From Candidatus Omnitrophota bacterium (GTDB lineage: Bacteria > Omnitrophota > Gorgyraeia > 2-02-FULL-51-18): a DNA stretch of 42,715 nucleotides. The position numbers and the translations under genes were made by a program. Position 1 is the stretch's first letter. The number at the start of each line of letters is the position of its first letter. Shown piece after piece: positions 7,475 through 15,696 of this stretch. The DNA is taken from assembly GCA_023248025.1 (NCBI GenBank), contig JAHFFI010000001.1:1-42715 (forward strand), read 5' to 3'. The notes below the pieces were generated by a model. The model did not search any database, had not been told where the DNA came from, and was given only the letters and a program-made list of their open reading frames with translations.

Positions 7475-8559
7475 TGCGTAAAGTGGTTATCCTCGGTGCA
7501 GGCGCAACACAGGCAGGTATTTCAAATTCCTTTGAAAGTCGTGTGCCTTTGGATAAGGATTTTTTCGAAGCTTTGCCATATATCAAGGAAAGGTGTACGC
7601 CTATTTTAACAGACCGAGTATTAAAACAAGTTTTTGCTTTGTATGGTAGGACTTATGGAGTTAGTTTAGAAAATTATTTTAGAGATTTAGAATCACGGCA
7701 AATTATAGGGTCTGTTTCCAAGGCAAAAGGCAAGCCTAAGGGTTGGCCAAAAAAGATATTAGATTTAAGAGAGCTTATTCGACGCGGGTTTATACAGACA
7801 ACGTGTTCATTTGATAAAAAATTGAATAGGTATACACCCCGGTCAAGTAATTTACATAAAAATGTTTTAGAAAATCTTACCCGAGGAGATGCGGTTGTAA
7901 CTTTTAATTATGATCTTGTTATAGAAGAATCATTTGATAAGGTTAATCATAAACAATGGAATCCGCGGTACGGATATGGCAAAAGTGTTACTATAGCAAA
8001 TTTCAAAAAAGATTGGGCTCGCAGATGGATAAAAGCCCTAACTCGCCTTAATAAAGGAGAGCGCAAGAGATACTCGTTTCCACAATGTAATGTTGTTCTG
8101 TTGAAGTTACATGGTAGTTTAAACTGGAGAGTGCATAAGCAATCAAAAAGAATCGATTTAATCGATAACCCTTTTTTGGTGGAAACACGTAAAGGGGAAC
8201 CCAGGCCTGAAAATGTGTCTATAATTCCACCTGGGATATTAAAAGATATTACTGATAAACCCTACTCTCAGTTATGGCAGGAAGCAAGAAGGTATCTCGA
8301 TAATTGCAGAGAACTTATTATAGTAGGATACTCTTTGCCAGAGACTGATTTTCTTGCTCATTCATTGTTTAATGAGGTAGTACGATTTAGATCCAAAGGA
8401 AAAAACGTGAAGAAATTATTGGCACTTCATCTAGCCGACAAAGACCCACTGGTAAGGAAAAAATATGTAGATATTTTTAGTCCGCTTATTGGAGCTAATG
8501 GCAGAATATATGAATATGAAGATTTTAATAAATACACGACATCAAATTCTCAAAATTAG
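7474..8559 (+). CDS. SIR2-like (SIR2_2 type) domain protein
   Basis: Motifs VVILGAGAT, VVTFNYDLVIE, LLKLHGSLNW, LIIVGYSLPETDF. The start ATG overlaps the restored DUF4145 stop (TAATG). Confidence 0.85.
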   Translation: MRKVVILGAGATQAGISNSFESRVPLDKDFFEALPYIKERCTPILTDRVLKQVFALYGRTYGVSLENYFRDLESRQIIGSVSKAKGKPKGWPKKILDLRELIRRGFIQTTCSFDKKLNRYTPRSSNLHKNVLENLTRGDAVVTFNYDLVIEESFDKVNHKQWNPRYGYGKSVTIANFKKDWARRWIKALTRLNKGERKRYSFPQCNVVLLKLHGSLNWRVHKQSKRIDLIDNPFLVETRKGEPRPENVSIIPPGILKDITDKPYSQLWQEARRYLDNCRELIIVGYSLPETDFLAHSLFNEVVRFRSKGKNVKKLLALHLADKDPLVRKKYVDIFSPLIGANGRIYEYEDFNKYTTSNSQN

Positions 8560-8771
8560 CAATACAAGCTAATTTTCCGGGCATTCCTCAACCCGCGCGT
8601 CTTGTTCATTTTCACAAGTAATTGAACCATCTTAGGTTGCAAAGTTCGTCTGGCGTATGTCTTGGCGATTTTTGTCACTCACTAAAAGTGTTGCTGTTAT
8701 CGAGCGTAAAAGTTCGAGGGCGGTAACGCTTTTCTTAGCCTTGCTGTTATTAATGGTCTATAATCAGCATC

Positions 8772-9956
8772 GTGGCTTCCTACTCACTTAAAGAGCTAAT
8801 TTTATATGCTTTAAAACTTGGGGCCACAGGTTTTGGTGGACCGGTTGCGCTGGTCGGCTACATGTTCCGCGATCTAGTTGAGAAAAGGAAATGGATCTCA
8901 GAGGCGGATTACAAGGAAGGTCTCACTCTTGCCCAGATTGCTCCGGGACCTTTAGCTGCGCAACTTGCTATTTATCTGGGGTATGTCGACTACCGGATTT
9001 TAGGGGCGACTCTTGTCGGACTTGCGTTTGTTTTGCCGTCTTTCATCATGGTGCTTATTCTGGGTTGGCTTTACCGGCTCTACGGTGGTCTAGATTGGAT
9101 GCGGGCGTTTTTTTACGGCATAGGGGCGTCGGTCATTGGAATTATCGCCTTAAGCGCTTACAAGCTCACCCTAAAGACGATTGGGAAAAAAAAGCTTTTG
9201 TGGGCGATCTATCTTGTTTCCGCCTCTTCTACGGCGATTGCCGAAACAGAGTTTGTTTGGATTATTCTTTTGGGTGGCTTCCTTGTGTGGTTTGTGGAGA
9301 ACCCACCTTTTTCCGCCAGAGGGGGATCCGCCCCCGGCGGAAAATTAAATACCCTAAACTCTCTAAGTTTTTTCGCTTTGCCGCTGCTTCTTACAAGCTT
9401 ACCAGCAATATCAAATAGCGATCTTCTTTGGAAAATGTTCAGCTTTTTCACTAAAGCGGGAGCCCTCGTTTTTGGAAGCGGTCTTGCGATTATCCCGGCC
9501 CTTCATGGGGGTGTGGTCAAAGAGTTTCACTGGCTGACCGAACGGCAGTTTTTGGATGCGGTCGCAGTGGCGATGATAACACCGGGGCCCGTTGTGATTA
9601 CAGTCGGGTTTATTGGATTTCTTGTAGCGGGGTTTCCCGGAACTTGTGTTGCTGCGGCAGGCACATTTTTGCCTTGTTATCTTTTTACAGTGATTCCCGC
9701 GCCTTATTTTAAAAAGCATGGCAAAAAACCCGCGGTCACTTCTTTTATAAACGGCGTGACAGCCGCCGCTATCGGAGCTATTACCGGTGCCGTGATTGTT
9801 CTTGGGAGAAGGTCCATCATCGACATCCCAACTGCTACCATTGCGATTGTGACTGGGTTTATTTTATGGAAAACAAAGAAAGTTCCTGAACCTATCCTCA
9901 TCCTCATTGCGGCTCTCATCGGTTTGGCGATTAAATTTGGAAGATTTGAAGTATGA
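8772..9956 (+). CDS. chrA: chromate transporter ChrA (GTG start, uncertain)
   Basis: Two CHR halves: LKLGATGFGGPVALVGYM...QIAPGPLAAQLA and FTKAGALVFGSGLAIIPAL...MITPGPVVI. Confidence 0.9.
   Translation: MASYSLKELILYALKLGATGFGGPVALVGYMFRDLVEKRKWISEADYKEGLTLAQIAPGPLAAQLAIYLGYVDYRILGATLVGLAFVLPSFIMVLILGWLYRLYGGLDWMRAFFYGIGASVIGIIALSAYKLTLKTIGKKKLLWAIYLVSASSTAIAETEFVWIILLGGFLVWFVENPPFSARGGSAPGGKLNTLNSLSFFALPLLLTSLPAISNSDLLWKMFSFFTKAGALVFGSGLAIIPALHGGVVKEFHWLTERQFLDAVAVAMITPGPVVITVGFIGFLVAGFPGTCVAAAGTFLPCYLFTVIPAPYFKKHGKKPAVTSFINGVTAAAIGAITGAVIVLGRRSIIDIPTATIAIVTGFILWKTKKVPEPILILIAALIGLAIKFGRFEV
9308..9344 (+). repeat. palindromic GC element inside the chrA inter-domain linker
   Basis: TTTTCCGCC-aga-GGGGG-atccg-CCCCC-GGCGGAAAA, with 9-bp outer arms and 5-bp inner arms. 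It encodes ...FSARGGSAPGGKL. Confidence 0.7.
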
Positions 9957-10048
9957 ACCCCAAAAACCTCTGCATCCAAAAATTTCTTTCTCTCATCTTT
10001 GCCGGCGTCGCATTTGCCGGTTCCGCATGGGCTTATTCCCATTCCTAT

Positions 10049-10083
10049 ATACCGATACCGGACACGGGGTCCGATATCGGTAT
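10049..10083 (+). terminator. long hairpin downstream of chrA (candidate terminator)
   Basis: ATACCGATA-c-CGGAC-acggg-GTCCG-a-TATCGGTAT, followed by a moderately T-rich tract. Confidence 0.45.
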
Positions 10084-10147
10084 CTGTTTCATCTTGCTTT
10101 GCATACACTTCCTTAGAAATTACATTATCTCTGCATCCCTCCAGGTA

Positions 10148-10209
10148 TTTCCCCTATAGAGAATCAAGCGCTTGCCCTGATTTTGCCATGACAGTTGTTG
10201 GCATAACAT
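10148..10209 (+). promoter_or_regulatory. stress-module promoter copy A
   Basis: TTTCCCCTATAGAGAATCAAGCGCTTGCCCTGATT, then exactly 22 nt from CCTGAT (10176-10181) to TAACAT (10204-10209). Confidence 0.6.
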
Positions 10210-10247
10210 GACTAGGAGTATCGACAATAAGGAGTCCCCAGAAATTT

Positions 10248-11189
10248 ATGAAGAAAACGGTTTTAATTTTTACAATCATTCTTCTCTCCCTGGTGGGTTT
10301 GACCATTTTTCAGAATCAAATCCTAAAATCCGCGGTAGCAGAGGTTACCTCGAGAATTATCGGCGCGCCCGTGAAAGTAAAAACGCTTTCATTCAGTTTA
10401 CTAAAGGCCACCATAAGTATAACCGGATTTGAAATCGGTAACCCCGCCGGGTTTCCGAAAGGGATTCTCGCATCCATTCCTACCATTAAAGTTACGGTTG
10501 ACCGCTCGGCTTTATTTAAGGGAAAGATCCACATCCTTATGGCAGAAATCGACTTAAAAGAGTTGGGGCTTATCAAAAATAAAGACGGACTTCTGAATGT
10601 CGATTTTTTAAAGATAGTGAAACAACAGCGGGATGAGTTAAGAAACTCATCTACGCTCCCGATACAGATCGATTTGCTGACTCTGGGAATCGGAAAGATA
10701 GTTCGCAAAGATTATACCCGCGAGGGAGAACCGGCGGTGCAAGTCCACGAAATGAATATTCATAAAAGTTATCAAAACATTACTAGTGCCGAACAGCTTG
10801 TGACGCTGGTATTGGCGGAGCCGATGAAAGCGGCCGGGATTCAAATCGCTGCGATTTACGGAGCCACCCTGTTGACGGGTGTCTCGATCCTACCGGTAGC
10901 GGCTGTATTTACATTTACAGGAAAAGATAATGCTGAGCAAAGTGTGAAAGGAAGTTTTGAGCATGTGTATGCGATAAGTGAAAAAGTAATCAAGCGTATT
11001 GGGACGATCACCGGGCGAGATTCGGCCAGCGGTGAAATTAGGGCGAATATCAACGGGGCGAACGTGGTCCTTAATCTTCAGAAGCAAAAAGACAATGAAA
11101 CGGGGATAACGATTTCCGCCCGTAAGTTTATGTTCCCACAGCCGGATGTCGCCGGCGGAGTGCTGTATCAAATAGTGGAGAAACTCTAA
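10248..11189 (+). CDS. membrane-anchored or secreted hypothetical protein (N-terminus AsmA-like, C-terminus possibly DUF3568-like; both tentative)
   Basis: AAGGAG RBS at 10229-10234. N-terminal helix VLIFTIILLSLVGLTIF. Confidence 0.65.
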   Translation: MKKTVLIFTIILLSLVGLTIFQNQILKSAVAEVTSRIIGAPVKVKTLSFSLLKATISITGFEIGNPAGFPKGILASIPTIKVTVDRSALFKGKIHILMAEIDLKELGLIKNKDGLLNVDFLKIVKQQRDELRNSSTLPIQIDLLTLGIGKIVRKDYTREGEPAVQVHEMNIHKSYQNITSAEQLVTLVLAEPMKAAGIQIAAIYGATLLTGVSILPVAAVFTFTGKDNAEQSVKGSFEHVYAISEKVIKRIGTITGRDSASGEIRANINGANVVLNLQKQKDNETGITISARKFMFPQPDVAGGVLYQIVEKL

Positions 11190-11191
11190 AA

Positions 11192-13018
11192 ATGCGTATT
11201 CACAGCACCGCAATGCACAAAGAAAACAAGGAGAAATATTGCATGGGGGCTATGCCCGGCGCAAGGGGCGTTACCTTTCGCGTATGGGCGCCTCATGCCG
11301 AAAAGGTTTACGTGACCGGAACCTTCAATGACTGGAACAAGACTTCGGCTCCTCTAGTTAGAGAGGAGAACGATTACTGGTCGATGGATGTGTCTCAAGC
11401 CAAAACAGGGGATGAATACAGATACCTGCTTGACAGCCCCAAGGGCCCACTCTCTCGCATTGACCCTTACGCCAGAAAGGTGACCAGTTCGATCGGCAAT
11501 GGAGTTATCTATGATCCCAAAGCTTTCGATTGGGGTAACCATAACTTTCATATAGCCACGGGGAATGAACTTGTTATTTACGAGATGCACGTTGGCACCT
11601 TTAATGTAAAAAAAGAAGGGCGGCCGGGCACGTTCGAAAGTGCGATGGAAAAATTGCCATATCTTCAAGAACTGGGTATCAATGCATTGGAAGTGATGCC
11701 GATCGCGGAGTTTTCTGGCGATTTTTCGTGGGGCTACAATCCGTCACACCTATTTGCCGTTGCGAGTATTTACGGGGGGCCGGATGCCCTTAAGCTTTTT
11801 GTCAAAGCGGCCCACGAGCATGGTATCGCTGTCATCATAGATGTCGTTTACAACCACTTGGGTCCAACCGATCTTGATTTGTGGCAGTTTGACGGTTGGA
11901 GCGAAAATGATAAGGGAGGAATTTACTTTTACAATGATCATCGATCGCAAACACCCTGGGGCGAGACGCGTCCCGATTATGGTCGGGGGGAGGTGCGGCA
12001 ATATCTGTGCGATAACGCCCTGATGTGGTTTGAGGAGTATCGCGTCGACGGCTTACGGTGGGACATGACAAGCTATATCAAAAGTATTGACGGTGATGTG
12101 GGAAATTCTGCGAATGATATTCCCGAAGGTTGGAGCTTGATGCAATGGATTAATGATGAGATCCGACAACTGTTTCCCGGCAAGATCAGCATCGGCGAAA
12201 GTATGAGAAATAACCCGTGGGTCACTAAAGATGTCGGAGCAGGTGGCGCAGGGTTCAATGCACAATGGGACGCCGAATTTGTTCACCCTGTTCGCCAGGC
12301 CGTCATCTTACTTGATGATAACCTCCGCGATTTGGGGGCAGTCAGTAAAGCGCTCGAGCATCGTTACGATTTAGACGTTTTCAAGCGGATTATTTATACC
12401 GAGTCGCATGACGAGGTCGCCAATGGTCGAGCCCGCGTGCCAGAGGAGATCTGGCCCGGCAAAGTGGACAGCTGGTTTTCCAAGAAACGCTCCACGTTGG
12501 GCGGCGCCCTTGTTCTTACTTCACCCGGCATCCCGATGATCTTTGAAGGGCAAGAGCTACTAGAAGATCGCTGGTTCCAGGATAAAGTCCCGATCGACTG
12601 GTCCCGAGTTAAGGGCGAACACGGTATTCTCGAAATGTACCGGGATCTGATCGCCCTACGGCGCAATCTATCGGGTGTGACGCGAGGGTTGTGCGGTCAA
12701 AATACCCAACTCTATCATTTTGACGATGGGGCCAAGGTTATCGCTTTCCACCGCTGGGACAAACAGGGCCCAGCCGATAGCGTTGTTGTAGTGGTGAATA
12801 TGATGAATCAAAACCGCGATGATTATGTTATCGGATTTCCGCGGGCCGGCATGTGGAAAACACGATTTAACAGCGACTCCTATAGCTATGCGCCAAATTT
12901 TGCAAATCATCTCACCCCTGATGTTGCGGTTCGTGAGGAAAAAATCGATGGGCTGCCTTGCTCGGGCAAGATCAGCATCGGCCCATACACGGTAGTGATT
13001 TTTTCGCAAGATGAATAG
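11192..13018 (+). CDS. GH13 alpha-glucan branching-enzyme-like protein (short GlgB type); likely true start at ATG 11243
   Basis: CBM48-like VTFRVWAPHAEKVYVTGTFNDWN. GH13 regions IIDVVYNHLGP, VDGLRWDMTSY, ISIGES, YTESHDEVANG. AAGGAG lies 9 nt before 11243. Confidence 0.85.
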   Translation: MRIHSTAMHKENKEKYCMGAMPGARGVTFRVWAPHAEKVYVTGTFNDWNKTSAPLVREENDYWSMDVSQAKTGDEYRYLLDSPKGPLSRIDPYARKVTSSIGNGVIYDPKAFDWGNHNFHIATGNELVIYEMHVGTFNVKKEGRPGTFESAMEKLPYLQELGINALEVMPIAEFSGDFSWGYNPSHLFAVASIYGGPDALKLFVKAAHEHGIAVIIDVVYNHLGPTDLDLWQFDGWSENDKGGIYFYNDHRSQTPWGETRPDYGRGEVRQYLCDNALMWFEEYRVDGLRWDMTSYIKSIDGDVGNSANDIPEGWSLMQWINDEIRQLFPGKISIGESMRNNPWVTKDVGAGGAGFNAQWDAEFVHPVRQAVILLDDNLRDLGAVSKALEHRYDLDVFKRIIYTESHDEVANGRARVPEEIWPGKVDSWFSKKRSTLGGALVLTSPGIPMIFEGQELLEDRWFQDKVPIDWSRVKGEHGILEMYRDLIALRRNLSGVTRGLCGQNTQLYHFDDGAKVIAFHRWDKQGPADSVVVVVNMMNQNRDDYVIGFPRAGMWKTRFNSDSYSYAPNFANHLTPDVAVREEKIDGLPCSGKISIGPYTVVIFSQDE

Positions 13019-13658
13019 GGCCTTATTCGAACAAATATTGAATAACGTTGCGTCTTTGGGTTCTATTGCGCCTTTAGCGTTTGTTCTGATTTATGCCATC
13101 GGGACGGTATTTTTTGTCCCAACGGCTATCTTTGCCCTCGCGGCGGGCGCCTTGTTTAGTTTACCTATGGGGTTTGTGGTTGCTTTAGTTTCTTCCCTGG
13201 CAGTTTCCTCCGGTGGTTTTTGGGCGGGGCGATATCTCTCGAGAGGATGGATAGTAATAAATGCTACTTCGAATAAAAAGATACAAGCTCTTGATAGCTT
13301 GGTTGCCGAAAAAGGCTGGAAGATCGTACTGCTTTTACGGCTCTCGGCTATTTTGCCGTTCACATTTCTGAACTACGGTCTTGGTCTCAGCAAGATCAGT
13401 TATAAGCATTTTATTTTAGCTTCCTCGATAGGTATGATTCCGGGGACGTTTGTCTATGTTTATTTGGGATCCTTGGCGGGCAAAATGGTCTTCGAAATAA
13501 ATTTCATGAAAAAATCCCACGTCGAATGGGCGATGATCGCTTTAGGTTTGGCGGCAACGCTCGTGATGGCCGTTTATTCGACATGGGTCGTAAAAAAAGC
13601 CTTTCAAACTCAAAAAATAAATTTTTCAGACGTAATAGAGGCGGAATTTCCCCGATAG
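13011..13658 (+). CDS. TVP38/TMEM64 (DedA-related) family membrane protein
   Basis: VPTAIFALAAGALFS...GRYLSRG and multiple TM segments. Overlaps the upstream gene by 8 nt. Confidence 0.8.
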   Translation: MNRALFEQILNNVASLGSIAPLAFVLIYAIGTVFFVPTAIFALAAGALFSLPMGFVVALVSSLAVSSGGFWAGRYLSRGWIVINATSNKKIQALDSLVAEKGWKIVLLLRLSAILPFTFLNYGLGLSKISYKHFILASSIGMIPGTFVYVYLGSLAGKMVFEINFMKKSHVEWAMIALGLAATLVMAVYSTWVVKKAFQTQKINFSDVIEAEFPR

Positions 13659-13708
13659 AAAATCAAGCGCTTGCCCTGATTACGTAATATTCACACTTGA
13701 TCTACGAT
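13647..13708 (+). promoter_or_regulatory. stress-module promoter copy B
   Basis: TTTCCCCGATAGAAAATCAAGCGCTTGCCCTGATT, then 22 nt from CCTGAT (13675-13680) to TACGAT (13703-13708). It overlaps the last codons of the TVP38 gene. Confidence 0.65.
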
Positions 13709-13763
13709 GTCCGTGTAGGGAAACAAAGAATATTGAAATCAGAATCTAAAAAAGGGAGCTATT

Positions 13764-13919
13764 ATGAGAAATATATTACTCGTTCTGTTGGTACTTTTAT
13801 TGATAGGAGCTTTTCCGGCTTGGCCTTATAGCATGCATTGGGGATATGCGCCGAGCGGTCTCCTCTCTGTGCTTTTTATTGTTTTAATTGTACTTGCCGT
13901 CACCGGCCGTCTGTCATAA
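13764..13919 (+). CDS. DUF3309-like small membrane protein (51 aa; below the ORF-track cutoff)
   Basis: MRNILLVLLVLLLIGAFPAWPYSMHWGYAPSGLLSVLFIVLIVLAVTGRLS carries the WPYS..WGY.PSG signature. GGGAG RBS upstream. Confidence 0.8.
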   Translation: MRNILLVLLVLLLIGAFPAWPYSMHWGYAPSGLLSVLFIVLIVLAVTGRLS

Positions 13920-13970
13920 AAAGGAAGACTTTGGATGGCGTTCTGTAATCGGTAATGGAGGAGGAATGAA

Positions 13971-14246
13971 ATGACGCGTATTAATCAATTGAGAATTTCT
14001 TGGGCCGTTGTTTTGGCCACCGCATTGATTGCGGGTACGGGCTGCCGCCAGCAAAAGGCGGATATCCGCGTTGTAGGCAAAGCCACCGACGGGATCAGAA
14101 CGCCAGGTGCTTCTTCGTCCGCCGGAGGTCCTGAGATGAGGGTAGTGACCGGCGAACCTGTGATGAAGTCCGATGGTGGAGGAGCAACAGACAATACTAC
14201 TGCGGAGGATAAACTCGGTGCCGTGGCCGTCAAGGTGCAATATTGA
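13971..14246 (+). CDS. putative lipoprotein
   Basis: GGAGGAGG RBS. Signal peptide with lipobox LIAGTGC. Low-complexity mature part. Confidence 0.55.
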   Translation: MTRINQLRISWAVVLATALIAGTGCRQQKADIRVVGKATDGIRTPGASSSAGGPEMRVVTGEPVMKSDGGGATDNTTAEDKLGAVAVKVQY

Positions 14247-14261
14247 CAGTATAATTTTCAC

Positions 14262-14787
14262 ATGAGCGAGCATCACAACAAGTCCCTGTGCGAACTCTAC
14301 CCAAGGCGATGGGATATCGTGCCTTTGATCCTGATGTCGCTGGGGCTATTATGTTACGGCGCTGTTTCTGCCGATTATTAAATTTAAAACACTTTTTTTA
14401 TGGACGGATACATTTTCTGTTATCACGGGTATTGAGAGTCTGAAGGAAAACGGTTATTTATTCCTAGCCGGCTTGTTATTCGTTTTTTCAGTCCTATTTC
14501 CATTCACAAAACTTCTTGCGTTGCTTTTAATTTGGTTCCTGAAAATGGATGAGAAGCAAAGACAAAGGCTTTTGTATTGGCTTGGAATTTTGGGAAAATG
14601 GTCGATGATGGATGTGTTCGTGGTGGCCATTACGGTTGTATTGGTTAAAGCGGGGGGTCTTGTGAATGCCGAGCCGCAAAGAGGCATCTACGTTTTTGGT
14701 GCTGCGGTGTTATCATCAATGATCGTAACTATGCTATTTGACAGCATCGCGGCCAAAAGCGGTCACACTTTCCAACCGACTTCTTAA
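14262..14787 (+). pseudogene. PqiA-family (paraquat-inducible protein A-like) membrane protein with a 1-nt frameshift at the T run 14365-14367
   Basis: Frame A gives MSEHHNKSLCELYPRRWDIVPLILMSLGLLCYGAV, then stop at 14379-14381. The +1 frame continues LPIIKFKTLFLWTDTFSVITGIESLKENGYLFLAGLLFVFSVLFPFTKLL... to 14787. Confidence 0.65.
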
Positions 14788-14829
14788 TCATCGTGATCAA
14801 TATTTCTCAAGCCCTCTCGGATATAGGCA

Positions 14830-14891
14830 TTTCCCCGATAGAAAATTAAGCGCTTACCCTGATTTCGCAATATTCATACTTAATCTAAGAT
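14830..14891 (+). promoter_or_regulatory. stress-module promoter copy C
   Basis: TTTCCCCGATAGAAAATTAAGCGCTTACCCTGATT, then 22 nt from CCTGAT (14858-14863) to TAAGAT (14886-14891). Confidence 0.65.
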
Positions 14892-14927
14892 GTCCCTGTG
14901 GGTAATAAAAATGAAGAAAAGGAGTTT

Positions 14928-15344
14928 ATGAAAAAATTTCTAATTATAATTTTAGCAACTCAAGCAATAGGGCTCGCCGGTTGCGCCAGTACGCCACGGT
15001 CTCGCACGGTTTATCAATATGGCGCCGCGCCTGGGAATAATTCTCAGGATGAATATAATAAGAAGATCATTAAGCAGGGCCTTCTGGGAGCTGCCACAGG
15101 CGCTATCGCCGCGGAAGCTTCCGGTGGCAAAGCCGGAACAGGGGCTTTAATCGGCGCGGGCACGAATATCATCGGAGGAGCTCTCTTCGACGTCCTCACG
15201 ACCCCACAACAACAACCTCAACAGGTGCAGTATGCGCCCTACGTGACCCAATGGAATCAGCAAAATCCGAACACAAACAGAATCGTTCGGAAGTTTGATT
15301 CCAATGGCAATGTGATCTCCGAAGAAGTGTTTACAAGAAACTGA
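14928..15344 (+). CDS. glycine-zipper lipoprotein (the ORF-track start at 14898 is probably too far upstream)
   Basis: AAGGAG RBS then ATG 14928. Lipobox LAGC. Gly-zipper GLLGAATGAIAAEASGGKAGTGALIGAGTNIIGGAL. Paralog at 25605-25925. Confidence 0.75.
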   Translation: MKKFLIIILATQAIGLAGCASTPRSRTVYQYGAAPGNNSQDEYNKKIIKQGLLGAATGAIAAEASGGKAGTGALIGAGTNIIGGALFDVLTTPQQQPQQVQYAPYVTQWNQQNPNTNRIVRKFDSNGNVISEEVFTRN

Positions 15345-15377
15345 ACATTATTTCAAAAAAATAAGGGGAACTAAGGA

Positions 15378-15647
15378 ATGAATAAATTACGAGTTTTGTT
15401 AATGAGTTTTGCTTTGGCCCTGGGACTTTCGATTCCTTGCTTCGCAGACCAAGTCCAAGGCTTGATAGAATCCATCGACCCGTCAAACAACTCAATCCTC
15501 ATCAAAGATCCCGTGAGCGGTCAGGGGAAAGTTGTCCATATTCACCCCAAGGTGATCGCGGAAGTAAAAAAAGGTTCCGTAGTCAAAGCGACTCTTAAAT
15601 CCGGGAGTGATGATGCGGACACCCTTGAAGTCCTGGTTGCCCGTTGA
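15378..15647 (+). CDS. small secreted protein, one copy of the repeat unit seen three times in 27001-27798
   Basis: Signal peptide MSFALALGLSIPCFA, then GLIESIDPSNNSILIKDPVSGQGKVVHIHPKVIAEVKKGSVVKA. Confidence 0.65.
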   Translation: MNKLRVLLMSFALALGLSIPCFADQVQGLIESIDPSNNSILIKDPVSGQGKVVHIHPKVIAEVKKGSVVKATLKSGSDDADTLEVLVAR

Positions 15648-15696
15648 CTCCTTAATTGGAAAATCTTTCTGAAGAGATGTTTAGCGCGGAGAAAAC

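Noticed and set aside
8560-8771. Searched for a third copy of the tRNA-flank repeat or another att-like boundary at the distal end of the SIR2 island. Weak matches were seen: GGTTCAATT at about 8620 (inverted) and GTTCGAG at about 8712.
   Set aside because: The matches are 7-9 nt only and not collinear with DR1/DR2. The right island boundary cannot be defined from the sequence alone.
9953-10159. 68-aa ORF with a signal-peptide-like N-terminus overlapping the chrA stop (ATGA).
   Set aside because: Its second half is occupied by the long 10049-10083 palindrome and promoter-module copy A. The coding signal is not convincing, although a short secreted peptide cannot be excluded.
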